From: Wigglesworthia glossinidia endosymbiont of Glossina brevipalpis
GTDB lineage: Bacteria; Pseudomonadota; Gammaproteobacteria; Enterobacterales; Enterobacteriaceae
DNA: 32,000 bases
NCBI GenBank assembly: GCA_000008885.1
Contig: BA000021.3
Location: 600,001-632,000, forward strand
Direction: 5' to 3'
Shown here: positions 17,742 through 27,746 of the stretch, piece by piece
How positions within the stretch are numbered: the first letter of the stretch is position 1
How the letters are laid out: the number at the start of each line of letters is the position of its first letter
The notes under the pieces: model-generated
Told to the model about the DNA's origin: nothing
Databases searched by the model: none
Seen by the model: the letters and a program-made list of their open reading frames with translations, nothing else
Made by a program: the position numbers and the translations under genes

Positions 17742-19546
17742 ATGAATAATTTTTATAAAAAAAAACAAATTAATATTATCAGTAAATTTGCTATTGATTT
17801 GACTAATTTATCCCAGAAAAAAAAATTAGAAGCAATATTTGAAATAGAAAAAGAAATATTCCATGTTATAAGAATTTTACAAAAAAAAACAAAAAATAAT
17901 ATTATATTGACAGGAGACAAGGAGTAGGAAAAACATCTATAATAAAAGGACTTTCACAAAAAATTATTAAAAAAGAAGTTCCAAAAAAATTAAAAAAATA
18001 TCGTATTTTTATTTTAGATATTTTTTCAATTATAAATATATTAGAATACAAAGGAATAAAATATTTAAATTATATTTTATTAGAAATTTATAAAATAAAT
18101 TATCCAATTATATTTTTTATTGATAATTTTAATAAATTAATAGAATTAAATTTATTTAACAAATTTATATCAATAAATAATTATCTTTTTCAAAAAAAAA
18201 TAAAAAAAAACTTTCGTTTTATATTAGAAACTACAACAGATAAATACCAAAAATACACAGATCAATATTCTAATTTAGAAAAAAATTTCCAAAAAATATT
18301 TATTCCAGAAATTTCTGTAAAAAATTGTATAAAAATATTAAATCATTTAAAGAATAGTTATGAATCATATTATAATGTAAAAATAACTAACAAAGCTATT
18401 ATAACATCTTCTATTTTATCTAATAATTACATAAATAATAAAAGATTGCCTGATAAGGCAATAAATATTATTGAAGAAGCCTCCTCTTTGATTAATATTG
18501 ATCTACATTACAAAAAAAATAATATAGATAAATTTAAAAATACAAATAAATTTAGCAATTATGTTACTGAAAAAGAAGTTATTAAAATTTTATCTGAAAA
18601 AACCGGTATTTCTGCTGAAAATATTGTAGAAAATAATTATGAAAAATTTATAAGAATAGAAAAAGATTTGAAAAAAAGAATGATAGGTCAAGATAAAGCT
18701 GTTTTTAAAATATTAAATGTTGTAAAAAGAAATTTTTTAGGGCTATCTAATAAAAATAAACCCATAGGATCTTTTTTATTTCTAGGTCCAAATGGGGTTG
18801 GAAAAACAAAAATTTGTAAAATTTTATCTGATATTATATTTAATAAAAATACAGATCTAATTTATATAGATATGTCAGAATTTAATGATAAAGTTTATTC
18901 TTTTGATGTTTTGCAATATAATAAAAATAATTTAGAATATAGATTTAATACATGTTTAATAAAATTAGTTGAAAAAAATCCTAATTCTTTGATATTAATC
19001 AATGAAATCGAAAAAAGTCACATAGATTTTTTTAAAATTTTATTACGTTTATTAAAATATGGAGAATTGATAGATAGTTTTGGAAGAAAAATAAATTTTA
19101 AAAATACCATAATAGTTATGAATTCTAATATAGGATTAGACATTTTTCAAAAAAATTATAATTCTTCAAGAAATATTTCTTATGCAAAAAAAACAGTAAT
19201 AGATATGGTTTATCATTATTTTAATTTTAATCTTATTAATGAAATTGACGACATTGTTTTTTTTAAACCTTTAGATAATATTTCATTAGAAAAAATCATT
19301 TATAAAAATATAAATTTATTTAAAAATAAATTAGAAAAAAAGGGTTATTTATTTGAAATAACTAGTTCTGTAATTTCTTATATTAGAAAATTAGGATTTA
19401 ATCCTTCATATGGAGCAAACAATTTTAAAAAAATAATAGAAAAAAAAATTATAAATCCTATATCTGACGAAATAATGTGTAAAAATTTTAATATAGGTCA
19501 TAATATTTTTGTAGATATTAAATTTAATAAAATTGAAATAAAATAA
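17742..19546 (+). pseudogene. clpB: Degraded clpB (AAA+ disaggregase). There is no N-domain, the M-domain is deleted, and a 1-nt frameshift sits in the NBD1 Walker A.
   Basis: Frame A (17742-17927) reads ..FAIDLT...ILQKKTKNNIILTGD-KE-stop and aligns with E. coli ClpB ~150-211 (YTIDLT...VLQRRTKNNPVLIGE). Frame B is open from 17900 to 19546 and continues GVGKTSIIKGLSQKII.KEVP..LK, then ..EKNFQKIFIPEISV, RLPDKAINIIEEA, MIGQDKAV, PIGSFLFLGPNGVGKT, IDMSEF, FKNTIIVMNSN and the C-terminal small domain. It follows rluD as in E. coli (rluD-yfiH-clpB). Confidence 0.7.
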
Positions 19547-19556
19547 AAAATTTTAA

Positions 19557-21209
19557 TCATTTTATTGTTGATTCTCTTTTTATATAATTTATCTGACTTT
19601 TAGTAATTCTATTACATAACGGTTTAAATTTATTGATTAAGTGTGGATATAATAGAGGTTTGTTAATATTTTCCCATTTTAATGAAATATTTAAAAAATC
19701 TTCTGTTTTCTTTGATAAATTTGGCAAAATTGGCTTGAGGTAAATCATGATTATATAGAACATATTAATACCCATAGAAGATATTTCATGCAATTTATTT
19801 CTTTTGTCTTTTGACTCTTCTGTTAATTTCCAAGGAGATTTTTTATTAAAATATTGATTAGCTAATTCTGCTAATTTAATTATTTCGTAAATAATAAAAC
19901 TTATATTATTACTTTGAAAGTATTTATTTATTTTTTCTTTTAATGAAGTAAATTTACAATATAATTCATAATTTTCTATCTTATAAGATAGATATCCTTC
20001 AAAATATTTATCAATAAAACTAGAACTACGAGATGCTAGATTTACTATTTTGTTGATTATATTAGAATTAACTTTATTCATAAAATCTGATAAGCTAAAG
20101 TCTATATCTTTAGCACAAGAAGAAATTTTCATAGAAAAGTAATATCTTAGAAAATCAGAATCACAATACTTTAAATAGGTTTTTGCTTTTATAACAAACC
20201 CATTTGATTTAGACATTTTTTCTCCATTTAAGGTTACGTGTCCGTGAACAAATAACTTAGTAGGTTTTTTTAAATTTATACCATGCAATATTGCAGGCCA
20301 AAATAAACTATGAAAATAAATAACATCTTTTCCAATAAACTGATATATTTCACTTTTAGAATTAACATCCCAAAATTCTGAAAAAAAAATTTTTTCTTTT
20401 TTATCACATAAATTTTTAAATGTGCTTAAGTATCCAATAGGGGCATCTAGCCATACATAAAAGTATTTTTCTTTCTCATTAGGTATTTTAAAACCAAAAT
20501 ACGGAGCATCTCTAGATATATCCCAAGGTTTTAGTCCATTTTTAAACCATTCAGAAACTTTTCTTAAATTTTCTTTTTTTAAAACTCCTGAATGTATCCA
20601 TTTTTTTAAAAATTTTTCAAATTTAGGAAGGTCAAAGAATAAATGTTTTGATTTTTTTATTATAGGAACAGATTTTGATAAAATTGATATTGGATTTATT
20701 ACATCAGTAGAACAATAATTTGCGCCGCATATATTGCAATTATCACTATATTGTTTTTCGGAATTACATTCCGGACATTTTCCTTGAATCAATCTATCAG
20801 ATAAAAACATATTAATTTTACAATCATAAAATTGAGAAATATATTTTGAAAATATTAATTTTTTTCTTTTTAATAATTTATATATTAATTTGCAAAATCT
20901 ATAATTTTCTTTGCTATGAGTTAAATAATAATTATCATAACTAATATTAAATTTTGATAGATCATTTTTATGTTCTTTATAAAACAAAAAAACCATTTTC
21001 TCAGGAGAAATTTTGTTTTTTTTAGCTTTTATCATTATTGGAGTACCATGAGAATCATCTGCGCAAATAAAATAAATTTCATTACCTATCATTCGATTAA
21101 ATCTTACCCAGATATCTGCCTGTATATGTTCAAGAATATGTCCAATATGTAATGATCCATTAGCATATGGAAAAGCACAAGTTGTTAATATTTTTTTTCT
21201 ATTTTGCAT
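19557..21209 (-). CDS. metG: Methionyl-tRNA synthetase, core form lacking the C-terminal tRNA-binding/dimerisation domain
   Basis: PYANGSLHIGH (HIGH motif), the Zn knuckles CPECNSEKQYSDNCNICGANY, and KMSKS are all present. It is 550 aa, compared with 677 aa in E. coli. Confidence 0.95.
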   Translation of the reverse strand: MQNRKKILTTCAFPYANGSLHIGHILEHIQADIWVRFNRMIGNEIYFICADDSHGTPIMIKAKKNKISPEKMVFLFYKEHKNDLSKFNISYDNYYLTHSKENYRFCKLIYKLLKRKKLIFSKYISQFYDCKINMFLSDRLIQGKCPECNSEKQYSDNCNICGANYCSTDVINPISILSKSVPIIKKSKHLFFDLPKFEKFLKKWIHSGVLKKENLRKVSEWFKNGLKPWDISRDAPYFGFKIPNEKEKYFYVWLDAPIGYLSTFKNLCDKKEKIFFSEFWDVNSKSEIYQFIGKDVIYFHSLFWPAILHGINLKKPTKLFVHGHVTLNGEKMSKSNGFVIKAKTYLKYCDSDFLRYYFSMKISSCAKDIDFSLSDFMNKVNSNIINKIVNLASRSSSFIDKYFEGYLSYKIENYELYCKFTSLKEKINKYFQSNNISFIIYEIIKLAELANQYFNKKSPWKLTEESKDKRNKLHEISSMGINMFYIIMIYLKPILPNLSKKTEDFLNISLKWENINKPLLYPHLINKFKPLCNRITKSQINYIKRESTIK

Positions 21210-21397
21210 TTTTTTATAAAAAATATAAATTTTTTATTTTTTTATATATATATAATAATACATAAATTATATTGTTTTTAATATTTTTATTTATAAGAAT
21301 TTTATAATATAAATAAAAATATTAAAAAATAGTTATTTTGATATTTTTTTAAAAATACTTAAAATATATTTATTAACAAAAACATAAAAGAACTAAT

Positions 21398-21988
21398 ATG
21401 AGATTATGTGATCGCGATATTGAAATTTGGCTAAAAAAAAATAAACTCATTATTACTCCAAGACCCTCTAAAGATAGAATTAATGGAGCTACAGTAGATT
21501 TAAAATTGTGGAATAAATTTAGAATATTCGAAAGTTATAATGCAGCATATATAGACTTTGATTTAATAAGTTCTTTAAAAAATAATAATAGTAACTCTTG
21601 GAATTATAATATGACAAATGAAATAAAAATAAGTGAAAAAGAAAAATTTTTTTTACATCCAGGAGAATTAGTATTAGCTCTAACTTTAGAATCTATAACA
21701 ATTCCAGATAATTTAATTGGATGGCTTGATGGTCGTTCTTCTTTAGCAAGATTTGGTTTGATGGTTCATGCAACGTCTCATCGAATAGATCCAGGATGGT
21801 CTGGAAATATTGTATTAGAGTTTTATAATTCTGGGAAATTACCAATTTTGTTAAGACCTAATATGATTATTGGATCTATTAGCTTTGAATTATTAACAAA
21901 TTCTGCTATTCGTCCATATAATAAGAAGAAAAATGCAAAATATTTAAATCAAATAGATACTGTAATAAAAATTAATAATCTTACATAA
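21398..21988 (+). CDS. dcd: dCTP deaminase
   Basis: [88 protein letters not shown] match E. coli Dcd closely. Confidence 0.95.
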   Translation: MRLCDRDIEIWLKKNKLIITPRPSKDRINGATVDLKLWNKFRIFESYNAAYIDFDLISSLKNNNSNSWNYNMTNEIKISEKEKFFLHPGELVLALTLESITIPDNLIGWLDGRSSLARFGLMVHATSHRIDPGWSGNIVLEFYNSGKLPILLRPNMIIGSISFELLTNSAIRPYNKKKNAKYLNQIDTVIKINNLT

Positions 21989-22317
21989 GATGTTGTAAAA
22001 AATAAAATATATATTTAATTTACAAAAATATTTCATATAAAATTTTATTTTTATTTATATTTAATATTTAATTAAATGCACTTCTAACAGTTCTTAAGAA
22101 TTAATTATAGATATTAATTTAATTAAAAACAATTTAATTTCTCACTGAGTGAAAAACAATGCTTTTTTAATTTATATAAATATAAATTAATATATATTAA
22201 AATATTAAAGAATGAAATATATTTTAAACTTCTATAAAATAATATTATATTCTGTTTAAATTGATAAAATATATTATACATAAAATATACTAATTATTTA
22301 TCATAGGAACAATAAAC

Positions 22318-23013
22318 ATGAATAAATTACTCTTAGTAGATGATGATAAAGAATTAATTTCTTTATTAAAAGAACTGTTAGAAAAAGAAGGTTTTGAAAT
22401 ACAAGTAGCATATAATGGAGAACAAGCATTATCTAAATTAAATGATACAATTGATTTATTATTATTAGATATAATCATGCCTAAAAAAAATGGAATAGAT
22501 ACTTTAAAAGAAATTAGAAAAAACAAACAACATTTACCAATTATTATGTTAACAGCAAGAGGAAGCGAATTAGACAAGATAATTGGATTAGAATTAGGAG
22601 CAGATGATTATATTTCTAAACCTTTTAATAAAAGAGAATTAGTTGCTCGAATTAAAGCTATTTTAAGAAGATCATATTTATTTAATCAAAAAATATTAGA
22701 TAATAAATCTACAATATTTGTAGATTTATTAAATATTAATCCAGGTCGTCAAGAAGCATATTTTAACAATATTTATTTAAATTTAACAGGTACTGAATTT
22801 TCTTTGTTGTTTTTATTAGCTAAAAATTTGGGCAATGTAGTTTCAAGAGAATACTTAAGTAAAGAGATTTTGGGAAAAAAACTAAATCCATTTGATAGAG
22901 CTATTGATATGCATATTTCTAATTTAAGAAAAAAATTGCCATCTAGAAAAGATTCTAGGCCTTGGTTTAAAACCCTTAGAGGAAAAGGTTATTTAATGGT
23001 TTCTATAACATAA
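22318..23013 (+). CDS. cpxR: OmpR-family response regulator CpxR
   Basis: MNKLLLVDDDKELISLLKELLEKEGFEIQVAYNGEQAL, IDLLLLDIIMPKKNGIDTLK, IIMLTARGSELDKIIGLELGADDYISKPFNKRELVARIKAILRR, LNPGRQEA, LTGTEFSLLFLLA..LG.VVSRE.LS.E.LGK.L.PFDRAIDMHISNLRKKLP.RKD..PWFKTLRGKGYLMVS. It is collinear with and highly similar to E. coli CpxR throughout. AGGA lies 10 nt upstream of the ATG. Confidence 0.88.
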   Translation: MNKLLLVDDDKELISLLKELLEKEGFEIQVAYNGEQALSKLNDTIDLLLLDIIMPKKNGIDTLKEIRKNKQHLPIIMLTARGSELDKIIGLELGADDYISKPFNKRELVARIKAILRRSYLFNQKILDNKSTIFVDLLNINPGRQEAYFNNIYLNLTGTEFSLLFLLAKNLGNVVSREYLSKEILGKKLNPFDRAIDMHISNLRKKLPSRKDSRPWFKTLRGKGYLMVSIT

Positions 23014-23471
23014 TTATAATTTATTAAAATTAATTGTTTATTATTAAAATATATATTATAAATATATTTTTTATTGTTAAAAATTTTTAATTTTTAAAAA
23101 AATTTAATATTATAAAAATATAAAAATTTATTATTTTAAGTTAACTAATAGTAATTAAAAATATTTATTTAAATTTAAAATTAATAAATATCAAATAATA
23201 AATATATTAATAAATAATTAATTTTAATTAATTAAATAAAGATTTAATAAAATTTTGCTTAATAAACAAATAATATTTAAAAAATAATTTATTTGTTAAA
23301 TATTTTAATTGTTTTTTATATCATTAAAGATAATGAAATATATAAAATAAATTTAAATATTTTTAAGGTAAACTAATTTATAAAAAAAAGTAAAACTACA
23401 ATATAAAATTATATTTATTAAATATATTCAATTTTTATTTTATAAAAAAAATAATTTTTAAAAATTTTTTA

Positions 23472-24461
23472 TTATTTTTTGTTTAAAAAAATATTTAAAA
23501 TAGATTTTTTTACTGGTTGATGCATATATAAAATTTTATAAACTTGTTTGATTATAGGCATGTTTATTTTGTGTTTACATGATAAAATTAAAATCTCTTT
23601 AATATTATTGTATCCTTCTATTATACATCCAACTTTTGATTTAGCATTTTCTATGCTATATCCTTGAGCTAGTAATATCCCAAATTTCCTGTTTCTTGAT
23701 TCATCATCAGTACATGTAAGAACAAGGTCTCCTACTCCAGACATTCCCATAAAAGTGTATTCATTGGCCCCCATAACTTTACCCAACTTATACATTTCTT
23801 CTAATCCGTAAGTTATAATAGCTGTTTTAGCGTTAGGACCCATCTGTATTCCATCAGACATACCAGAAGCTATCGCGATAACATTTTTTATCACTCCTCC
23901 TATTTGCACTCCAACTAAATCAGAAATGCTGTATATATTTAAAAATTTATTTTTTAGTTTATTTGCTAAAAATTTACAAGTTTTAATACAATTATTAGCT
24001 AGTACCATTGAAGTCGGTAATCCAATAGCTAGATATCTTGCAAAAGATGGTCCTGATATAATTGACAAACATGTTTCTCTTCCTAAGATATCGTAAACAA
24101 CTTCTTGTAATAGTCTTCCTGTTCTTGGTTCTAACCCTTTAGTTCCACATATTAAAAAAACATTCTTATTTAAGAATGGTTGAATTTTAATTAAAATGTT
24201 TTTAAAACCTATACTAGGAACAGCTATTACAATAGTATTGCTATATTTTATAGCTTTTTTTAAAGAAATTTCTATTTTTAAATCATTAGGAAAATTTATT
24301 TTTGGTAAAAATTTTTTATTGCAACGATCTTTTTTAAGAGATTGCATATGTTTTTTATTTCTACCCCATAAAAACACTTTTCTATTTTTTTTGGAAAAGG
24401 AAACAGCCAGAGCTGTTCCATAAGCTCCAGCTCCAATTACAGTAATTGAGAAATTACTCAA
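23472..24461 (-). CDS. gpsA: NAD(P)H-dependent glycerol-3-phosphate dehydrogenase
   Basis: VIGAGAYGTALA Rossmann motif, then KGLE..TGRLLQ, ISGPSFA, GVQIGGVIKNVIAIASGMSDG, GDLVLTCTD..SRNR.FG, and EGY.N.KE. Apparent TTG start at 24461, preceded by AAAAGG. Confidence 0.93.
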   Translation of the reverse strand: MSNFSITVIGAGAYGTALAVSFSKKNRKVFLWGRNKKHMQSLKKDRCNKKFLPKINFPNDLKIEISLKKAIKYSNTIVIAVPSIGFKNILIKIQPFLNKNVFLICGTKGLEPRTGRLLQEVVYDILGRETCLSIISGPSFARYLAIGLPTSMVLANNCIKTCKFLANKLKNKFLNIYSISDLVGVQIGGVIKNVIAIASGMSDGIQMGPNAKTAIITYGLEEMYKLGKVMGANEYTFMGMSGVGDLVLTCTDDESRNRKFGILLAQGYSIENAKSKVGCIIEGYNNIKEILILSCKHKINMPIIKQVYKILYMHQPVKKSILNIFLNKK

Positions 24462-24648
24462 AATATATTACCTTTTCTTATGTACTAATTAGTATTTATT
24501 TTAATAAATAAAATATAAATTAATCATATTTATATTTATATAAATTGAAAAATTTAAATAAATTTATTTTATAATAATTTAAGATATTTTATATATAAAA
24601 TAATAAATTATAATTTAATTTTAAAAATTGTTTAAATTTATAATTATA

Positions 24649-24882
24649 TTATATATTTTTTTTTAAAAATATAATCAAATCTTCATACCCTCCTATATGT
24701 ACTTTATTAATAAATATTTGAGGGACAGTTGTTTTTTTGCTTCTTTTTATCATTTTTGATAAATTAGCTGTACTGTTTTCCACAAAAATTTCTTTAAATT
24801 TTATATTATTTTGTTTTAATAAATTTTTTGCTTTTACACAAAAAGAACATGTACTTTTAATATAAATTTCTACATTTTTCAT
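24649..24882 (-). CDS. grxC: Glutaredoxin 3
   Basis: VEIY.K.TC.FC..AK.LL, MIKRS..TTVPQIFI....IGG.DL match E. coli Grx3. The active site here is CSFC, compared with CPYC in E. coli. The gene sits between yibN and gpsA as in the E. coli yibN-grxC-secB-gpsA cluster. Confidence 0.85.
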   Translation of the reverse strand: MKNVEIYIKSTCSFCVKAKNLLKQNNIKFKEIFVENSTANLSKMIKRSKKTTVPQIFINKVHIGGYEDLIIFLKKNI

Positions 24883-24906
24883 TTTATATCCTATTTAATA
24901 TAAACT

Positions 24907-25335
24907 TTATAATTTTATTAAAGGCAAGTTATCTGATTTCCATCCGCATATTCCATTTTTTAAAATATAAACATCTATACATTTATTTTTTATGAATTTC
25001 TTTAAGAATTTTTTTGATAAACTTCCATTATAACAAGTTATAATTAGAGGGTTTTTTTTGTTTTTTAATAAGTTTGATAATGAAATTTTATTAAAATTAT
25101 CAAAATTAATATTTAAACTGTTAATAATATGGCCATTTATATAATCTTTTTTATCTCTTAAATCAATTACTATTGCATTATTTTTATTAATTAAACTAAT
25201 AGCTTTATTATTAGATACAGAATTAATGCTATTTATTTTTTTTTGTATAAAAAAAAACAATAACATAGACGCAAGTATTATCCAAGATATAGAAAGTATA
25301 ATATTATTGTTAATAAATTGAATTAATTTACTCAT
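24907..25335 (-). CDS. yibN: Membrane-anchored rhodanese-domain protein YibN
   Basis: N-terminal TM segment (ILSISWIILASMLLFFFI, compare E. coli ILSIAWIALL), then a rhodanese fold (VIDLR....Y..GHI..S.N....) and the C-terminal G..GW...NLPL. I place the start at ATG 25335 because AAGGA lies 7 nt upstream, rather than at the TTG at 25353 used in the ORF track. Confidence 0.7.
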   Translation of the reverse strand: MSKLIQFINNNIILSISWIILASMLLFFFIQKKINSINSVSNNKAISLINKNNAIVIDLRDKKDYINGHIINSLNINFDNFNKISLSNLLKNKKNPLIITCYNGSLSKKFLKKFIKNKCIDVYILKNGICGWKSDNLPLIKL

Positions 25336-25777
25336 ATGATTATCCTTGCACAAATTATTAATAATAATAAATAAAATTTATATTAATTTATAAATTCTTA
25401 TTTATTCAAATAAATTTTTTAATTTAATTTAAAGTTATGTATAAATATTAATATAATAAAAAATATATGTTATTATTAATTTTATTAAAAATGTTTTTAA
25501 TTCTTACAAAAGAATCTAAATTTTTTAAAAAAATATTTTTGCAATAAAAGTTTTTAAAAAAAGCAAAAACATATATAAAATGTTTTAAATAAATCTTGAT
25601 TCTTATCAAGATTAAAGTTACATTTATTACTCAATCAATATTATTTTTTACTCGTTATCTAATTTTAATAATATTTCGAATTAAAATTTATTTGTTTAAA
25701 AAATATGTTTTGAAATATTTTCAAAATTAGTTTTTATTCAAAAAAAAATTAAAATACATATTAACAATAAACCTTAA

Positions 25778-26128
<351 letters not shown>

Positions 26129-26165
26129 TTGATAAAAATTTTAAATTTTAATAAGGATAATAAGA

Positions 26166-26813
26166 ATGCAAGGCCTAATAGGTCGAAAAATAGGTATGAC
26201 TAGAACGTTTAATTCAGACGGATCATCTATTCCAGTTACTGTTATTAAAATAAGTGATAATAAAATTGTACAAATTAAAAAAATTGAAAAAGATGGATAT
26301 TCTTCTATTCAAGTAACAACAGGAGTGAAGAAATTTAGTAGAGAAAATAAATCTATAATAGGTCATTTTAAAAAAAATAAAGTAGAACTGGGAAGGGGTT
26401 TATGGGAATTTAAAGTTGATAAAAATTCAAAATTTTATGTTGGTCAAGTTTTATCAATAAACACATTCATTAATATAAACAAAGTTAATATAACTGGAAT
26501 TTCTAAAGGAAAAGGGTTTTCTGGAACTATGAAAAGATGGAATTTCCATGGACAAGATGCTTCTCACGGAAACTCATTATCTCATAGAGCTCCAGGATCA
26601 ATTGGACAAAATCAGACACCTGGAAAAGTGTTTAAAGGAAAAAAAATGTCTGGGCATCTTGGATATAATAAAAATACTGTAAAGAATTTATTTGTTGTTA
26701 AAATAGACTTAGAACATGAACTTTTATTAATTAAAGGATCAGTTCCAGGATCAAAAGGATCCGATCTTATTATTAAACCAGTAGTTAAATATTTTTCGGA
26801 TAAAGTATTGTAG
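26166..26813 (+). CDS. rplC: 50S ribosomal protein L3
   Basis: GLIG.K.GMTR.F...G...PVTVI and [47 protein letters not shown]. Position in the S10 operon is as expected. Confidence 0.96.
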
Positions 26814-26824
26814 AGGATGTAAAA

Positions 26825-27430
26825 ATGGAACTTCTATGTATAGATTCAAAAGAAAAAGTAAAAATTTCCGAAAAAATATTTGGTCAAAAATTCAATGAGT
26901 CTCTTGTTCATCAAGTTGTTAGATCTTATAGAATAACAAAAAGACAAGGAACTAGCGCACAAAAAAGTAGATCTGAAGTTATTGGATCAGGGAAAAAACC
27001 TTGGCGTCAAAAAGGAACAGGGCGAGCTCGTGCAGGTAGTGTAAAAAGTCCGATATGGAGATCTGGAGGAGTAACTTTTGCAAAAAAAACAAGAGATTTT
27101 AAACATAAAATAAATAAGAAAATGTATAAAAATGCATTAAAAAGTATATTTTCTGAATTATGTAGACAAAATAGAATACTGATAGTAAAAAATTTTTTCG
27201 TAAAATCAGAAAAAACAAAATTATTAAAGAAAAAATTAAATGAAATGAATTTAGAAAATGTATTAATAATATCTAAAACAATAGATAAAAATTTAGTTTT
27301 ATCTTCAAGAAATTTAAATAAAGTACATGTATGCTTTCCTATTAATATAAATCCAATTAATTTAATTTCATTTAAAAAAACTATAATAACAATTGATGCT
27401 ATTAAAATTATTGAGGAAATTTTAACATGA
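26825..27430 (+). CDS. rplD: 50S ribosomal protein L4
   Basis: VHQVV..Y....[40 protein letters not shown]. Operon position is as expected. Confidence 0.95.
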   Translation: MELLCIDSKEKVKISEKIFGQKFNESLVHQVVRSYRITKRQGTSAQKSRSEVIGSGKKPWRQKGTGRARAGSVKSPIWRSGGVTFAKKTRDFKHKINKKMYKNALKSIFSELCRQNRILIVKNFFVKSEKTKLLKKKLNEMNLENVLIISKTIDKNLVLSSRNLNKVHVCFPININPINLISFKKTIITIDAIKIIEEILT

Positions 27431-27732
27431 TTAACAAAAAAGAAAATATTTTTAAAATATTAACTTCCTCATATTCTTCTGAAAAATCATCTATTTTATC
27501 TGAAAAAAATAATACTTTTACTTTTAAAGTATTAAAAAATTCTAAAAAATCCGAAATAAAAAGCTCAATAGAAAAATTTTTTAACGTAAAAGTAAAAAAA
27601 GTAAGAACTGTAATGTTAAAAGGTAAATCAAAAAAACATAAAAATATAATTGGAAAAAGAAAAAATTGGAAAAAAGCATATGTAGTTTTGAAAAAAAATC
27701 AAAAAATAAATCTTATTAAAAATATTGAATAA
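27427..27732 (+). CDS. rplW: 50S ribosomal protein L23
   Basis: The start overlaps the rplD stop (ATGA). Size (101 aa), the F.V...A.K.EIK..IEK.F.VKV..V motif and operon position all fit L23. Confidence 0.9.
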   Translation: MINKKENIFKILTSSYSSEKSSILSEKNNTFTFKVLKNSKKSEIKSSIEKFFNVKVKKVRTVMLKGKSKKHKNIIGKRKNWKKAYVVLKKNQKINLIKNIE

Positions 27733-27746
27733 TTTCTGGAAACATA

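Noticed and set aside
17742-17927. The 61-aa ORF considered as a stand-alone small gene.
   Set aside because: It aligns residue for residue with ClpB residues ~150-211 and is continued in the adjacent frame by the rest of NBD1. It is the 5' fragment of the frameshifted clpB.
17910-17930. Programmed -1 ribosomal frameshift as the explanation for the clpB frame change.
   Set aside because: There is no X-XXY-YYZ slippery heptamer (the sequence is GGAGACAAGGAGTAG), I saw no obvious downstream stimulatory hairpin, and the site is not in a long poly(A) tract. A 1-nt deletion in a short G run, or a sequencing error, is the simpler reading.
21989-22317. CpxR autoregulatory box or cpxP remnant upstream of cpxR.
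   Set aside because: Only an isolated GTAAA (about 21996) and an inverted TTTAC (about 22018) are present, not the GTAAA-N5-GTAAA direct repeat. There is no ORF or recognisable CpxP motif. Pentamers like these are expected by chance in A/T-rich DNA.
25336-25353. TTG start for yibN at 25353 (MCKDNH-).
   Set aside because: The in-frame ATG at 25335 is preceded by AAGGA at good spacing and gives an N-terminus (MSKLIQFI...) matching E. coli YibN (MQEIMQFV...).
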